Below, piece after piece: positions 11,868 to 23,700 of a stretch of 64,000 nucleotides of DNA; positions within the stretch are counted from its first letter, which is position 1; each line of letters begins with the position of its first letter. The notes under the pieces were generated by a model. It did not search any database. It was not told the origin of the DNA and was given only the letters and a program-made list of their open reading frames with translations. A program made the translations under genes and the position numbers. The stretch lies in assembly GCF_030028105.1 (NCBI RefSeq), contig NC_092388.1, positions 10,812,508 through 10,876,507 on the forward strand, given 5' to 3'. Origin of the DNA: Mobula birostris. Its lineage: Eukaryota.

Positions 11868-11990
11868 AGAGAAAATCTGCAGAAGCTGGAAATCCAAGCA
11901 ACGCACACAAAATGCAAGAGGAACTCAGCAGGTCAGGCAGCATCTATGGAAAAACGTACAGTCGACGTTTCAGGCCGAGACCTTTGGCAA
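11868..11990 (-). mobile_element. Penelope-associated terminal repeat fragment
   Basis: ACACAAAATGC..GAGGAACTCAGCAGGTCAGGCAGCATCTATGG..GTCGACGTTTC; same family as 22337-22545 and 25470-25560. Confidence 0.6.
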
Positions 11991-11994
11991 GACA

Positions 11995-12300
11995 AGCTTT
12001 ATTTGTCACATGTACATTGAAACATCAAAACGTACAGTTAAATGGTTTATATTAAATCAGTGAGGATTTTGCTCAGGGCAGCCTGCAAGTGTCACCACAC
12101 CTCCAGTGCCAATATAGCATGCCCACAACTCACTAACCCTAACCGTATGGGATCAAGCCTAACTGAGTGTGGGAGGAAACCAGAGCACCCAAAGGAAACC
12201 CACACAGTTACAGGAAGAACGTACAAACTCCTTATGAGCAGCAGCAGAAATTAAGACCCCAGTGATCGCTAGTGCTATAATATCGTTACTCTGCTGTGCT
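11995..12300 (-). mobile_element. V-SINE family copy
   Basis: Reverse V-domain GTGGGAGGAAACCAGAGCACCC..GAACGTACAAACTCCTTA. Confidence 0.7.
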
Positions 12301-12529
12301 GTCCCCATAGGCTGATAGGCTGACAGGATGAGATGCAAAGAGATATGAGGAGAAGATGTGGAACATCAATGCAGATCAGCTGGCTGAATTTCCTTCGATA
12401 CTATAAACTCATTGTAGCTAAATCTACCTCACAAAATTGTGCTCTGCAACCTATTTCCCATTTTGCATAACATTATACAAACATAGTGAATATAAATTAC
12501 CCATATGTTCTATGATCTATGGTACGTAA

Positions 12530-12730
12530 AATCCCACCTGCTGCCTGTAAGGAGTTTGTATGTTCTCCCCGTGACTCCATGAGGTTCCTCGGGATGCTCC
12601 AGTATCCTCCCACAGTCCAAAGATGTACCGGTTAGAGTGTTAATTGGTCATTGTAAATTGTCCCCTGATCAGGCTAGGATTTAATCGAAGGACCAGTAGA
12701 GCCTATTCTGTGCTGTATCTCAATAAAATA
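12530..12730 (+). mobile_element. V-SINE family copy
   Basis: CTGTAAGGAGTTTGTATGTTCTCCCCGTGAC..CTCCCACAGTCCAAAGATGT..CTGTATCTCAATAAA. Confidence 0.7.
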
Positions 12731-13100
12731 ATAATAAAAATCTAACATACATTGTAAGGTCGCACAACTAAAAGTACTGTAACAGAAGAGAGCCGAGTAG
12801 TATACTGCATTTCTCATTCATTCCTGATACTATTACCATATAACCATAATTCACATTCATAGCAGATCCCATTAACATTACACAGAATGCTCATTCTTCA
12901 TTTATATTTACCATAAATTTTGATGGCACCGTATCTTCCCTTTATAATGTTAATTAATTAATTAATCTGCTCCTATATCTTATGCTCTTATGGTCTAGAT
13001 TAAGAATACCGCTGTTTGACAAGTAATCATAAAATATCAATAAATTATTTTATTTTACCATATAATAAAATAATAAACTATTTTGTCTTATTTAACATAC

Positions 13101-13582
13101 CATGGAGAGCATTCTAACTTGTTGCATCACCGTCTGGTATGCAGGTGGCAGTGCACAGGATTAGTAAAAGCTACAGAGGGTTGTAAACTCAAGCCAGTTC
13201 CATCATAGACATTAGTCTCCTCACCACTGAGGACATCATCAAAAGGTGTTGCATCAAGAAGGTGGTATCCATCATTAAGGACTCTTACTTTCCAGGATAT
13301 GCCCTCTGTTCATATCCTGAATATCAGGGAGGAGGTATAGGAACCTGAAAATACACTCTCACTGTTTCAGAACAGCCTTTTCCTCTCTTTCATCAGATTT
13401 CTGAACATGACCATGATCCCATGAACACTAACTCACATTTTGCTCTTTTTGCACTACGTACTTATTTTAATAAATATATTCTTATTCTAACTCTCAGTAA
13501 TTTTTTTGCATTGCACTGTACTGCAGCTGCAAAACAAATTTCACAACACATTGATGATAATAAACCTGATTCTGATTCTGAT
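13101..13582 (+). mobile_element. Rex1/Babar LINE 3' fragment
   Basis: ESILTCCITVWY.. and tail AATAAACCTGATTCTGATTCTGA. Confidence 0.75.
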
Positions 13583-14632
13583 TATGACTACTTAAAGGTA
13601 GTATTGTAGCTGGAACTACCCCATCCACATCCCTGGCCATGCCTTTCGAAAGTAGCACTCCTGATTGATAACGAATTTAAATAAATACAATTGCTCACAT
13701 TTAGTTCAATTACATCTAGTTATTAAGAATGGCTTAAAAATGCTCTCCCTGGTTAAACATAAAGGGAAGTGTCAATTAGAGTAGTCTGTAACTCAAGTCA
13801 AACACAGCTCCATGCTGAAAATGAAGCTAATCTGTATTACTATGAATTCCAAAATAACTATATCAGATCCTAGCTCAGGAAGGGAAAGATTCAAGATTCA
13901 AAATTCAACATGGTTTAATGTCATTTCCAGTACACAGGTGTAAAGGAGAATGAAATAATTGTTACTCCGGATCTGATGTGGCACACAAAAAACACAATAA
14001 ATATAAATATATAGATAGCTTATATGCATAGATTGATTGTATGTCCATAAGGTGACCCTAGGCACAGATGATAGTGACAACAATAAAAATAACTACAACA
14101 ATCACAACTAAAACAAAATGAATTCAAAGTTCAAAGTAAATTTATTATTAAAGAATGCATAAGTCACCATAAACTACCGAGATTCATTTTCTCATAGGCA
14201 TTCACAATAGAACAAAGAAATACAACAGAACCCATGAAAAACTACACACAAGGACTGACAAGCAACCAATGTGCAAAAGAAGCCAATCTATGCAAATACA
14301 ATAATAATAATATAAATAAATACATAAATAAACAAACAAACATAAATAATGCTGAGAACATAAGTTGTAGAGTCCTTGAAAGTGTATCTACAGGTAGTGT
14401 TCAATGATCAGTGTTGTTCAGTGTTAAGGTGAGTGAAGATATATGCACACTGGTTCAGGAGCCCGATGTTTGAAAGGTAATAACTGTTCCTAAACCTGGT
14501 GATGGGAGACCCAAGGCTCCTTTACCTCCCTCCTGACTGTAGCAGCAAGAAGACACCATAATACATAGCAACAGAATTAGGCCATTTGGCCCATTGAGTC
14601 TGCTCCAACATTTCATGATGGCTGATCCATTT

Positions 14633-15209
14633 ATGATTATGAAGACACGCAGTCCTCTTTTATTGTCATTTAGTAATGCATGCGTTAAGAAATGATACAC
14701 TATTTCCTCCGGTGTGATATCACAAAACACAGGACAAACCAAGTCTGAAAAAACTGACAAAACCACATAATTATAACATATAGTTACAAACAGTGTAACA
14801 ATACCATAACTTGATGAAGAAGTCCATGAGCACAGTAAAGTTCAAAGTTTCTCAAATGTCCCACATCTCACGCAGACGGGAGAAGGAAGAAAAAGCTCTC
14901 CCTGCCATGCCCGGAGAGACTCACAGTCCGAGTCGGAGTCATCCGAAAACTTCGAACTCTGATCAGCTCTTCGACACCGAGTACTGAGCGCCATCTCTGT
15001 CCGAACGATTCGATCTCCTTCTCGGTCGCCAAAAGCAGGCAAGGCCGGGAATTTTGAGGCCTACCCTCCGAAAGATTCCCGACCACACAGTAACGACAGC
15101 AGCGGACGGGCGTTTCAGAAATTTCTCCAGATGTTCCTCTGTGCTTTCACGTCCATCCTCCATCAAATCAGAATTGTCCACGGCCCCTATTTGACAGATA
15201 CGACATCAT
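14633..15209 (-). mobile_element. Unclassified CpG-rich non-LTR insertion nested in a CR1 tail
   Basis: Interrupts a reverse CR1 tail (GGCTGATCCATTT|...|CCCTCAACCCCAATCTC). Its minus-strand end reads GACAATAAAAGAGGACTGCGTGTCTTCATAATC. Confidence 0.55.
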
Positions 15210-16000
15210 TCCCTCAACCCCAATCTCTTACCTTCTCCCCGTATCCGTTCATCTCCTGGATGGCCTGGACTGGGGATCCTTGATGATGGATGCAACTGCA
15301 CTCCTTGTAAATATGCTTAATGGTGGGGAGGACAAATCTATGCAAATACAATAATATTAATAATAATAAAATTAAATAAATAGATAAATAAATAAACAAA
15401 CAACAAGCAAATAAATAATGCCACGAACCTGAGCTGTACAGCTCTTGAAAGTGAGTCTGTAGGTTGTGGAATCAGTTCATAGTTGAGGTGAGTGAAGTTA
15501 TCCACTCAGCTTCACTCCATGAATTATGTACACCAGCAGCACTAGCTACAACAAGATGTGCTCCTGGCAGATAAAAATATATTTAACACCAAACAGAACA
15601 TTCAAGTTCAATTCTATGACCTTCAGGCATTTAAATTTGATACTTTCTGTGTTAAGGTCCTGCATACTTTCAACTTTAAATGGTTCTCTTTGCACCTGCA
15701 AGCTAACTTTTAATGACTTCTGTACCTGTACCCTAAAGGCTGATCCTGCACTCCCGGCAGGGTGCAGCCATCGCAGGAAGCACAAACGCAGGAAATTGTA
15801 GGTGCACAGTCAGTGATTTTCCATCTATTAAGATGAAGGTATGAGAAACCGCAGGCCCCGTGTACACAATTTCCCACATTGCTCTCCCCGTGGAGGTTGT
15901 TCCCTGCCAGGAACGGCGAGCATGGAATCAGCTCTTAAATCCCCAAGCTCATTTACCAAGTGTCAGACTGGCTGAATTCTTTAGCTTTCCCCCCCTTTCT

Positions 16001-16120
16001 TGAGTCGGTAGGTTGCAGCTTTAACATCCGCTAAAGGTTTGAACAAATACTCTAGGCTGACATTGCAGAGCAGCACAGAGCATTGTTAGCATGCTTTGGA
16101 AGAGGTATTAAGCCAGCACT
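16001..16120 (+). mobile_element. Degraded Deu-SINE (SacSINE1-like) 5' part
   Basis: TGAGTCGGTAGGTTG...TCTAGGCTGACATTGCAGAGCAGCACAGAG resembles the shark Deu-SINE head (from memory of the consensus). Confidence 0.4.
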
Positions 16121-16349
16121 TCCTTGAGTGAAAACTAAGAATGAATTGCAGTGGGTGAGAACCGACAGACTTTTGTTACCTGATGATCAAAACTTGAAAG
16201 TGAACTCAGTACTGGACTGCTATGCTGAAAGGCCATTTTTTCCTATTTTCACCATAGAGGGTCTCGCCACAGAATCCAGCCAAAGATCCTATTTTTACTG
16301 TGGTATCTATGCACCAAACCAAGGAAAAGTTTTACTTATTTTTATTTTA

Positions 16350-16625
16350 TTGAGAGATACAGCATGGAACAGACCCTTTTGGCCCAAGAACCCGCAACCC
16401 ACCTACCTAACCCTAGCCGAATCACAGGACAATTTACAATGAGTAATTAACCTACTACTCGGTGCATATTTGGAATGTGGAAGAAAGCTGGAGCAAATGG
16501 AGGAAACCCACGCGCTCACAGTAAGGACGTACAAACTTCTTACAGGGGACGCCGGAATTGAACTCTGAACTCCAATGCCCCAAGCTGTAACTGCGTCGCA
16601 CTAACTGATAGACTACTGTGGCACT
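16350..16625 (-). mobile_element. V-SINE family copy
   Basis: Reverse V-domain TTTGGAATGTGGAAGAAAGCTGGAGCA..GGACGTACAAACTTCTTACAG and a reversed B-box GGAATTGAACTC. Confidence 0.7.
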
Positions 16626-16790
16626 CTCAGATAATTTCAATGGGGATTCAAACACTTACCATGAGGAGACATTAAGAGAGAGGGTAAGATCTTATAAATT
16701 GTTTTACTTTGGTTTAATAATTTTAATTGCTTTTGTGTATTGTGCAATTTCAATTCTCCTTATTTTGTAATACACACATATTACAATTGT

Positions 16791-17100
16791 GTGGGCACGT
16801 GGCCAAGTGGTTAAGGCATTGGACTAGTGACCTGAAGGTCGTGAGTTCAAGCCCCAGCCGAGGGAATGTGTTGTGTCCTTGAGCAAGGCACTGAATCACA
16901 CAGTGCTCTGCGACGACACTGGTGCCAAGCTGTATGGGTCCTAATGCCCTTCCCTTGGACAACATTAGGGTCGTGGAGAGGGGAGACTTGCAGCATGGGC
17001 AACTGCTGGTCTTCCATACAACCTTGCCCAGGCCTGCGCCCTGGAGAGTGAAGACTTTCCAGGTGCAGATCCATGGTCTCGCAAGACTAAGGATGCCTTT
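16791..17100 (+). mobile_element. Full-length tRNA-derived SINE (CORE-like centre, RTE-like tail)
   Basis: A-box TGGCCAAGTGG at 16800-16810, B-box GAGTTCAAGCC at 16843-16853, GTGTCCTTGAGCAAGGCACT central block, tail CAGATCCATGGTCTCGCAAGACT. Confidence 0.8.
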
Positions 17101-17892
17101 TAAATGTAAATTATTTACTTCAATTTTAATTAGTATTTATACATCTGAATGTATGGTTTTCAAAAGCTGTTAATTCACGATTGTTTATTGTCATTCTTCA
17201 GTACACAACTGTACAGGAGAACAAAGCAATTGTTACTCCGGATGTGATACAGGATAAAATGCACAATAAATATAAATATAAAATCAATCCTGTGAAACAC
17301 AATGTACTAGTAACTGGCTGTATATTCATAAGATTACATACATAGACTGATTGCATATTCATAAGTGACACTAGGTGGAGGAGTATCTGAACAGGAAATG
17401 ATCAATGACGATTTGTCTCTTGGCAAGAGGAACTCTTATAGGTAGCAGCAGGACATATGAAAACACAATGGGACAATGTGTCAGTGGGTATGAAGTGTGG
17501 AGTGTAAGTGTAAAGCGACAGTGAATGGGGGGATGAAGGGGGTGGTGAGGGACTGTGGAGAGGAGTGTGTCAGTGTCAGTGTGAGGTGTGGAGTGTCAGT
17601 GTAAAGTGACAGTGAATGGGGCTAATTTGTTTGGGGCAGCAGTCTTACAGCTATCAGTGACAGCTTTTACAGGACCTGCATGTCAGGAGCTGTTGGAGGT
17701 CATCTGGAGTTGGGATATCCTCAGAGAGCCACCTGAACCAAGCAGCTGGACACCAGGGTGCAGAGACCCATCCACATACACCTGGTCTAGTTAAGTGCAG
17801 GCATGGCAGGGATCATGGGTACCTATTTGGGCAGCATGGGCAGGCTTACTCAGGACTTCTCCTGAGCGAAGTTTAGCTTTATAAAGAGTAAA

Positions 17893-18205
17893 TTATTTGT
17901 CACATGTACATTGAAACATACAGTGAACTGTTTTATTTTGCACTAATAACCAACACAGTCCAAGGATTGTACTGGGGCAGTCCACTAGTGATGCCATGTT
18001 TCTGCTGTGTCAACAACTCACTAACCCTAACCCAAATGTCTTTGAATGTGGGATGAAACCAGAGTACCTGGAGGAAACCCTCATGGCCATGAGAGAACGT
18101 ACAAAATCCTTATAGCCAGTGGCAGGAATTGAACCCTGATCACAAAACTTAACATTGTAAGCATACATTTGTAAAGCATTACACTAACCGTAATGCCACT
18201 GTGCC
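17893..18205 (-). mobile_element. V-SINE family copy
   Basis: Same head, V-domain and tail as 11995-12300 in reverse orientation. Confidence 0.65.
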
Positions 18206-18744
18206 AACCCCGAATGCATCCAATTCCTAACACATGTCATCTTCCAGTAGCAGTTCCTTCATGGCCTCCCTCCTTTCAGAATCTGCAATTTCATCTGGTT
18301 CTACAACATTCCAAACCCCAGCTTTGGTCAATCCTAGCTTCCCATTTGTTGATCCTTTGGAAATTGCACCTGCACCCCACCAGGCCTCAACTCTGAACTC
18401 CCCAACCCTCAAAGACACTGAGCCTCCCAACTCATTTAAAAAATATCCTAAAAATCTACTACTTTTAATCATCACCTTCATTGCTTCTGTGTCAAAGTGC
18501 AATGTAAATTCATTGTCAATGTACGTATGTGTATATGTACTTTGACCATATGCGACTCTGAGATTCATTTTCTTACAGGCATTTGCAGTAGAGCAAAAAA
18601 AAAGAATAGAGACAGTGGAAAGCTATGCAGAAAAGACATTTATTTTTCTGCTAATATTCCTACCAGGCAGCTGAGGGTCTTTAATAATATAATTGTGATA
18701 GGGAAATGCAAGTGGTTGTATCAGGCACAGGTTTCTGATTAGGA

Positions 18745-18910
18745 TTCAGATTTACTTATGTATTACATGTACATCAAAGCATACAGTGAAATGCGTTGCT
18801 TGCTTAACCAGCCAACACACCCAAGGATGTGCCCACAAATATCCACACTTATCTGGCACCAACAGAGCACAGCAAGCTTGTTCAGCAGAACAATACAAGC
18901 AACAACAGCA
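18745..18910 (-). mobile_element. SINE tail fragment (family of 10740-10875)
   Basis: TTACATGTACATCAAAGCATACAGTGAAATGCG..CCAACACACCCAAGGATGTGC matches the V-SINE tail. Confidence 0.55.
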
Positions 18911-19299
18911 TATCTCCCACCCTCCCACCCCTCTCCGGCCTCCAACCCCAAGATTGGCTAAGTACCCCCTCCCTGATCCCCCTTTTAATATCAGCAAATG
19001 AATATGGACATGCATTAGTTACCATCCCCTGACGATCTCCCAGCACACGGTGCTTAGGATTGGCTGAGAGTTACTCGTCGTCCCTCTGGGTCGATACTAA
19101 TTGTGCACGCTTAATTAGTTCCCCGTTGTAACAGCTGGTCACAGGGAAACAGTCAAATTCACACAACTAAACCGCCTTTAGTGTCATTTTGGATTCCATC
19201 CTACAGTGATAATCTTCTTAATTGAAAGTAATGCCTGTGTACTTTGTCAAAGATCCTTTTCCTCTGGTTGGAGAAAAAAAGACTCTAAGACTTTAGAAC

Positions 19300-19846
19300 G
19301 CATTGGTCAGACTGCATTGGAATATTGTGAGCAGTTTCGGGCCTATTATCTAAAAAAGACTGTGCTGGCATTGGAAAGGGTCCAGAGGAGTTCCGGAGAA
19401 TGATTCCGTGGATCAGAGATTAATGTGAGAGAGATTCTGATGTGATTGGACTTGTACTCGCTGGATATTAGTAGAATGAAGGGGGGGGGGGGTCACAATG
19501 AAACCTATTGACTATTGAAAGGCATAGATAGAGTGGTGAGTCTAGGACCAGAGGGTACAGCTTCGGAAAAGAGGGACGGCCCTTTACAGCAGAGATGTGG
19601 AGGGGTTTCTTCAGCCAGAGAGAGGTGAATCTGTGGAATTAATTGCCTCAGACGGCTGTGGACGCCAAGTCACTGAGTATGTTTAAACGGAGGTTGACAG
19701 GTTCTTGATAGGTAAGGACATCAAAGGTTACGGGGAGAAAGCAAGAGAATAGGGCCGAGAGAGATAATAAATCAGGCATAATGGCATGGCGGAGCAGACT
19801 CGATGGGCCGAACGGTCTAATTCTTCTCCTATGTCTTATGGTCTTA
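19300..19846 (+). mobile_element. CR1/HER1-type LINE 3' fragment
   Basis: LEYCEQFRAYYLKKTVLALERVQR, followed by the 3' region and tail GATGGGCCGAACGGTCTAATTCTTCTCCTATGTCTTATGGTCTT. Confidence 0.8.
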
Positions 19847-22336
19847 CAATTATTCACACGCTGCGTGTGAAATCTCACGTTGCACGCTATTCCCAAACAA
19901 TATACCCGTGAGAACACAAAAAGGCAGAAACCAAATTTGACCATAACAAATATTTCTAATGATATCCTCCGTTGTAAATTATTTCTAACGCAGTGGATCC
20001 TACAACAAAGACGGTGCTTATAACTAAAGTGGAGTACGACCTCTGAACGTGCTGCGGCAGAACTGGAAACGAGGCAAAGGAGATCAAGCCGTTGCCTGCC
20101 TGCTGTTTCAAAAGACTCCAGAAGCTCCCCGCCTCTCTCCCTCTCTCTCGTTCTTTCTCACTATATTTGTGCTTCACGCTTCAGAGAGTTGCGCGGCTGC
20201 TGTGGTGATCACTCCCTGTCGTCGTGCTCCCCCTCCTGTTCATCCCTAGTACTGCCCAGCAACGGCGGCGAAGCCCAACCGGCGGAAGCTACGTGTCCTA
20301 TATTGCACATTTCCCTCGCACAAACTTAACTTCTTCGGAGCCGTTTCTTTTTCCTGTCACCAAAAAAAAATCATTCATTGTTTCTCTTCGGGTTCTTGCA
20401 CGTCATTATGCTCAAAACAAACAACTTAAATTTGTTGGCCGTTTTCCTTAAATTTTAGATTGTGATTCCCTGCGGAGAAATGCTAAGGTAATGGTAGTAT
20501 ACACAATGACAGCTCCCCCCCCCAAAAAAAAAGCAAGAAATGAAAGGAGCAATTCGCATAAGGTTAAGCAAACGAACTCAAATTTAAAACTAAAAGCACG
20601 GAAATCCGAAGTTTAGTTAAGAACTATAGTGGGGGAGTTTAGGACCAGAGGGCACAGCCTCAGAATAGAGGGACGTTTAGTTAAGTTACGTAGTTTAGAG
20701 GTCGTTTAAGATTAACTCACAAGAAAGATCGATTTCAATGTCAGGACACGGCGAGCAATAAAAAGGTGGGTTATCTAATTAACAAGTATTTTCAAAAACT
20801 ATTTATTCAACCCTGTTTTTAAGTAACATAGTTTTGTCTTTTATTTTCATGTTTGCACTTTATCCTATTGTAAAGCAATTTGAACTACATCGCTTGCATG
20901 AAAAGTGCTCTATAACTTATTTATTATTATTATTTTAGGCAGAAATGCTGCAGAAAAACTACCTTTAAGTACATATACGCCGTTCCTACTAAGCGGCTAT
21001 TATCTAAATTCAAAAAGTTGTCTACAATGTGGAACAGGCCAGAATGTGTTTTTTTAAAAATATAAATTAAACTGGTTCACATCTCCGTCTAAACTAATTA
21101 AAGTTCGCGGACTTACGCAAGTTCGCCGGCCTCGTAAAATCTACAGGTTGGATAGTTGCATTATAAACATGAGGGATTTAAGATCAAACCGTAATTTACC
21201 TTTCAGAAGATATTATACTTGCCACGAGGGGCGGGGGCGGAATCTTGCGCTCTTCGCGGCGGCTTTTTCGTAAGTGTCTTAAGTCTGTAGTTAATCACAT
21301 GTCAGTGGGTTCTCCTGAGTTACAGCTGAAGAGTCTTAAAATTCTTAACACTACCATTTCAAACCAGTTAAAATCGATATAAGCGTAACTTCATCACGAT
21401 TTTCATAAGACAAAGAAAGTTAATCGGATTTGTAATCGTTCTGTTACCCTTTCTTGTTAATTGTAAGTGTAGTTTAAAGCACTCTATTCACAATGATCAA
21501 AACTAAAGCTGAAATAGTCCGGTTTCTTTTGCAGTACACGATGGCATTAATCTAAATAATGACTCGTGGCTTTTAGTGCATTTTTATTGTCCGTAATGGT
21601 AACCGAGGAGATTTTTGGCTTCCTGGAGAGGAAGGCTGTGTGGCAGCAACCATGCGTTTGAAATACAAAAACTATTCGTTTAAAGAATTTACCAGCATTT
21701 TCTGAGGTGGTGTAATTAACAAATTCTGAAAAAATGTACATTGTATACAGAATACCAAAATAAATACTTGACAGTAACAATTTTATACGAATGTGTTCCA
21801 ATTAATAAGCACAAACGTATTGGTTTCATTAGACGAGAGCAGTCACGTACTATTAGAGTTGTCGGAGTGCCGCTGATAAGACGCACTGAGGATGCTGATA
21901 GGGTCAATGTGTTCGTTACTCCAATCTGCCCGCAACACACAGAGGCAATAAAACACCTTGCGAAGTGGTCGAATGCTTTTAAACCAATCAGCAGCTCGGT
22001 GGTTTTCCCGCACCCACATTTCGATCGATATGTTTTCGTGTTATTTCTCCCCCACTCATTCTTTGGATCTAACGAAGACAACGGGAGCAATGTTTTTATG
22101 CACAGAATGATCAGATGCGCTCGGCAACAAATCACAACAAGATGTTCTCCAGCCGACGAAACGAAGCTGGTCTTTGATTTATTTTACTGTGAAGCTGAGT
22201 TTTATTCTCCGACCACCATACCGAACCCCAGCACATGCGATTATATGTTGATAGACCACACCCTCTTCACCTGTTTCTACAGTATTTCCTATCAAGAGTT
22301 CATTGAAACAGAACAAAAATATAGGTATTAAATAAT

Positions 22337-22545
22337 CACACAAAATGCTGGAGGAACTCAGCAGGTCAGGTAGCACCTTTGGAGGGGAATAAACATTGGA
22401 CGGCTCGAGTCGAGACCCTTCATTAGGTCTCGTACCGAACCATCGACTCTATTCCTGTCCACAGATGCTGCCTGACCTGTTGAGTTCCTCCAGCTTTCTG
22501 TGTGTGTTACTCTGGGTTTCCAGCATCCGCAAAGTCTCTTGTGTT
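22337..22545. mobile_element. Inverted (palindromic) pair of Penelope-associated terminal repeats
   Basis: Arms 22337-22383 and 22458-22504 are reverse complements, with a GAGACCCTTCATTAGG centre. Confidence 0.65.
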
Positions 22546-23447
22546 TATTAAGGTACAAAACTTTAAATTTATTGCAATATAGAGCGCTTATAACTTGTTT
22601 CAGAATGTCAAAAACTTGAAATGCAGTAATGTGGAAAATAAATTATTTGTAAGAACGTATTAAAAGTGAAATACTTATTCAAGGATTTCTAGATTCGTTT
22701 AATTTTCCTGCTCGTCAGGAAGACTTATTTAACCGAGATTAATAAGAGAAAGACTGAAGTCTAATTCAACAGTAACATTAGACGAGGCGCTGCTTCAGAC
22801 GATAATTTAAACAAAATAAATGTGAAAGGCAAATTATATTTTCGGTCGAAAAAATGCTAGCTATGCGTCACCATATAAACATGTTACTGTTGGGCGCTGG
22901 TGCAAAAGGACGGGCAATGCCAACAAAAAAGAATATGGGGAGGGAAAGGGTTATCTACTTTAGCTAGTTTAACCTAGTCCAGGACACCAAGGACACTCCA
23001 TTTGTTCGGCACTACGCACGTTATTGCTGAGAGACTAAATATTTGTTCAAAAGTCTAATTTAGGTGCCTTTGAAGAAAGCCTAGGTGCACTGCCAGACGT
23101 AATGACCAATAAATCTCAACCCTCCCATGCCCCCTGCTAAATTAGCTGGAGTAAGGCCATTTGTCCAACAATATTTCATGTACTCAGTTTCAGCGCCGAT
23201 GGCCCTCACCACGTTTATATAAAATGCGCGAACCTACCCTAAAATAAATGAGCTTCTGGGTTTCAATACAAATAATATTTCTGAAGTGAGATCACATTTT
23301 GCAACTGGCAAAGTGAATGTAGTTACTGCTTCGGTGTTTTTGATCTGAATAGACTGAAATTTACTGGAAGCCTTTTTATGGTTTTACCTTTCTGTTTCAA
23401 CAGTTACAATAACAAATGACCCACATTTATACGCGTAGGATACGTCC

Positions 23448-23700
23448 TGTTTTAAGAGTGATTACTTTGTGTAGCTCCGTAGAAGGTTTAATTCTGCATT
23501 CATAAGTACTGTTCCACGAAGAACAGGCAAACACAATATCAAGGTCACCCAACAACAGCGATGCTTGGAGACGAAAACTCCCACATCAGAGAAGAATGGC
23601 ACTATTGACGCTCTTGTTACCTCTGCGGACATCTAGCGGCAAAATTGAGTCACTGCAAAGCGATTACAGGAATGATTTGGTTTGGAAATCTGGGTTATAG
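23448..23700 (+). pseudogene. HoxA14: Candidate HoxA14 pseudogene, 3' part of exon 1 remnant
   Basis: Colinear degenerate Hox13/14-type N-terminal motifs, compared with HoxA13 in this window: CFKSDYF~YFGSSYY (23448), HKYCST~DKYMDT (23501), YQGH~YQGY (23537), WHY-DAL~RHETL (23597), WKSGL*|GT~WKSSLPG|GT (23683-23702). Contains stops and frameshifts. Confidence 0.5.
23625..23657 (-). promoter_or_regulatory. CTCF binding site with upstream (ZF9-11) module
   Basis: Minus strand TGCAGTGAC-TCAATTTT-GCCGCTAGATGTCCGC: core like CCASYAGRKGGC plus TGCAG at plausible canonical spacing. Confidence 0.65.

Noticed and set aside
16791-16865. tRNA gene
   Set aside because: The A and B boxes run on into a SINE body and tail; this is a tRNA-derived head, not a tRNA gene.
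1-20000. Evx1 gene
   Set aside because: No Evx homeobox (RRYRTAFTREQ) was seen on either strand; it presumably lies outside the window.
23128-23140. CTCF motif TGCCCCCTGCTAA
   Set aside because: Both key C positions of the core mismatch and there is no upstream module; too weak to call.
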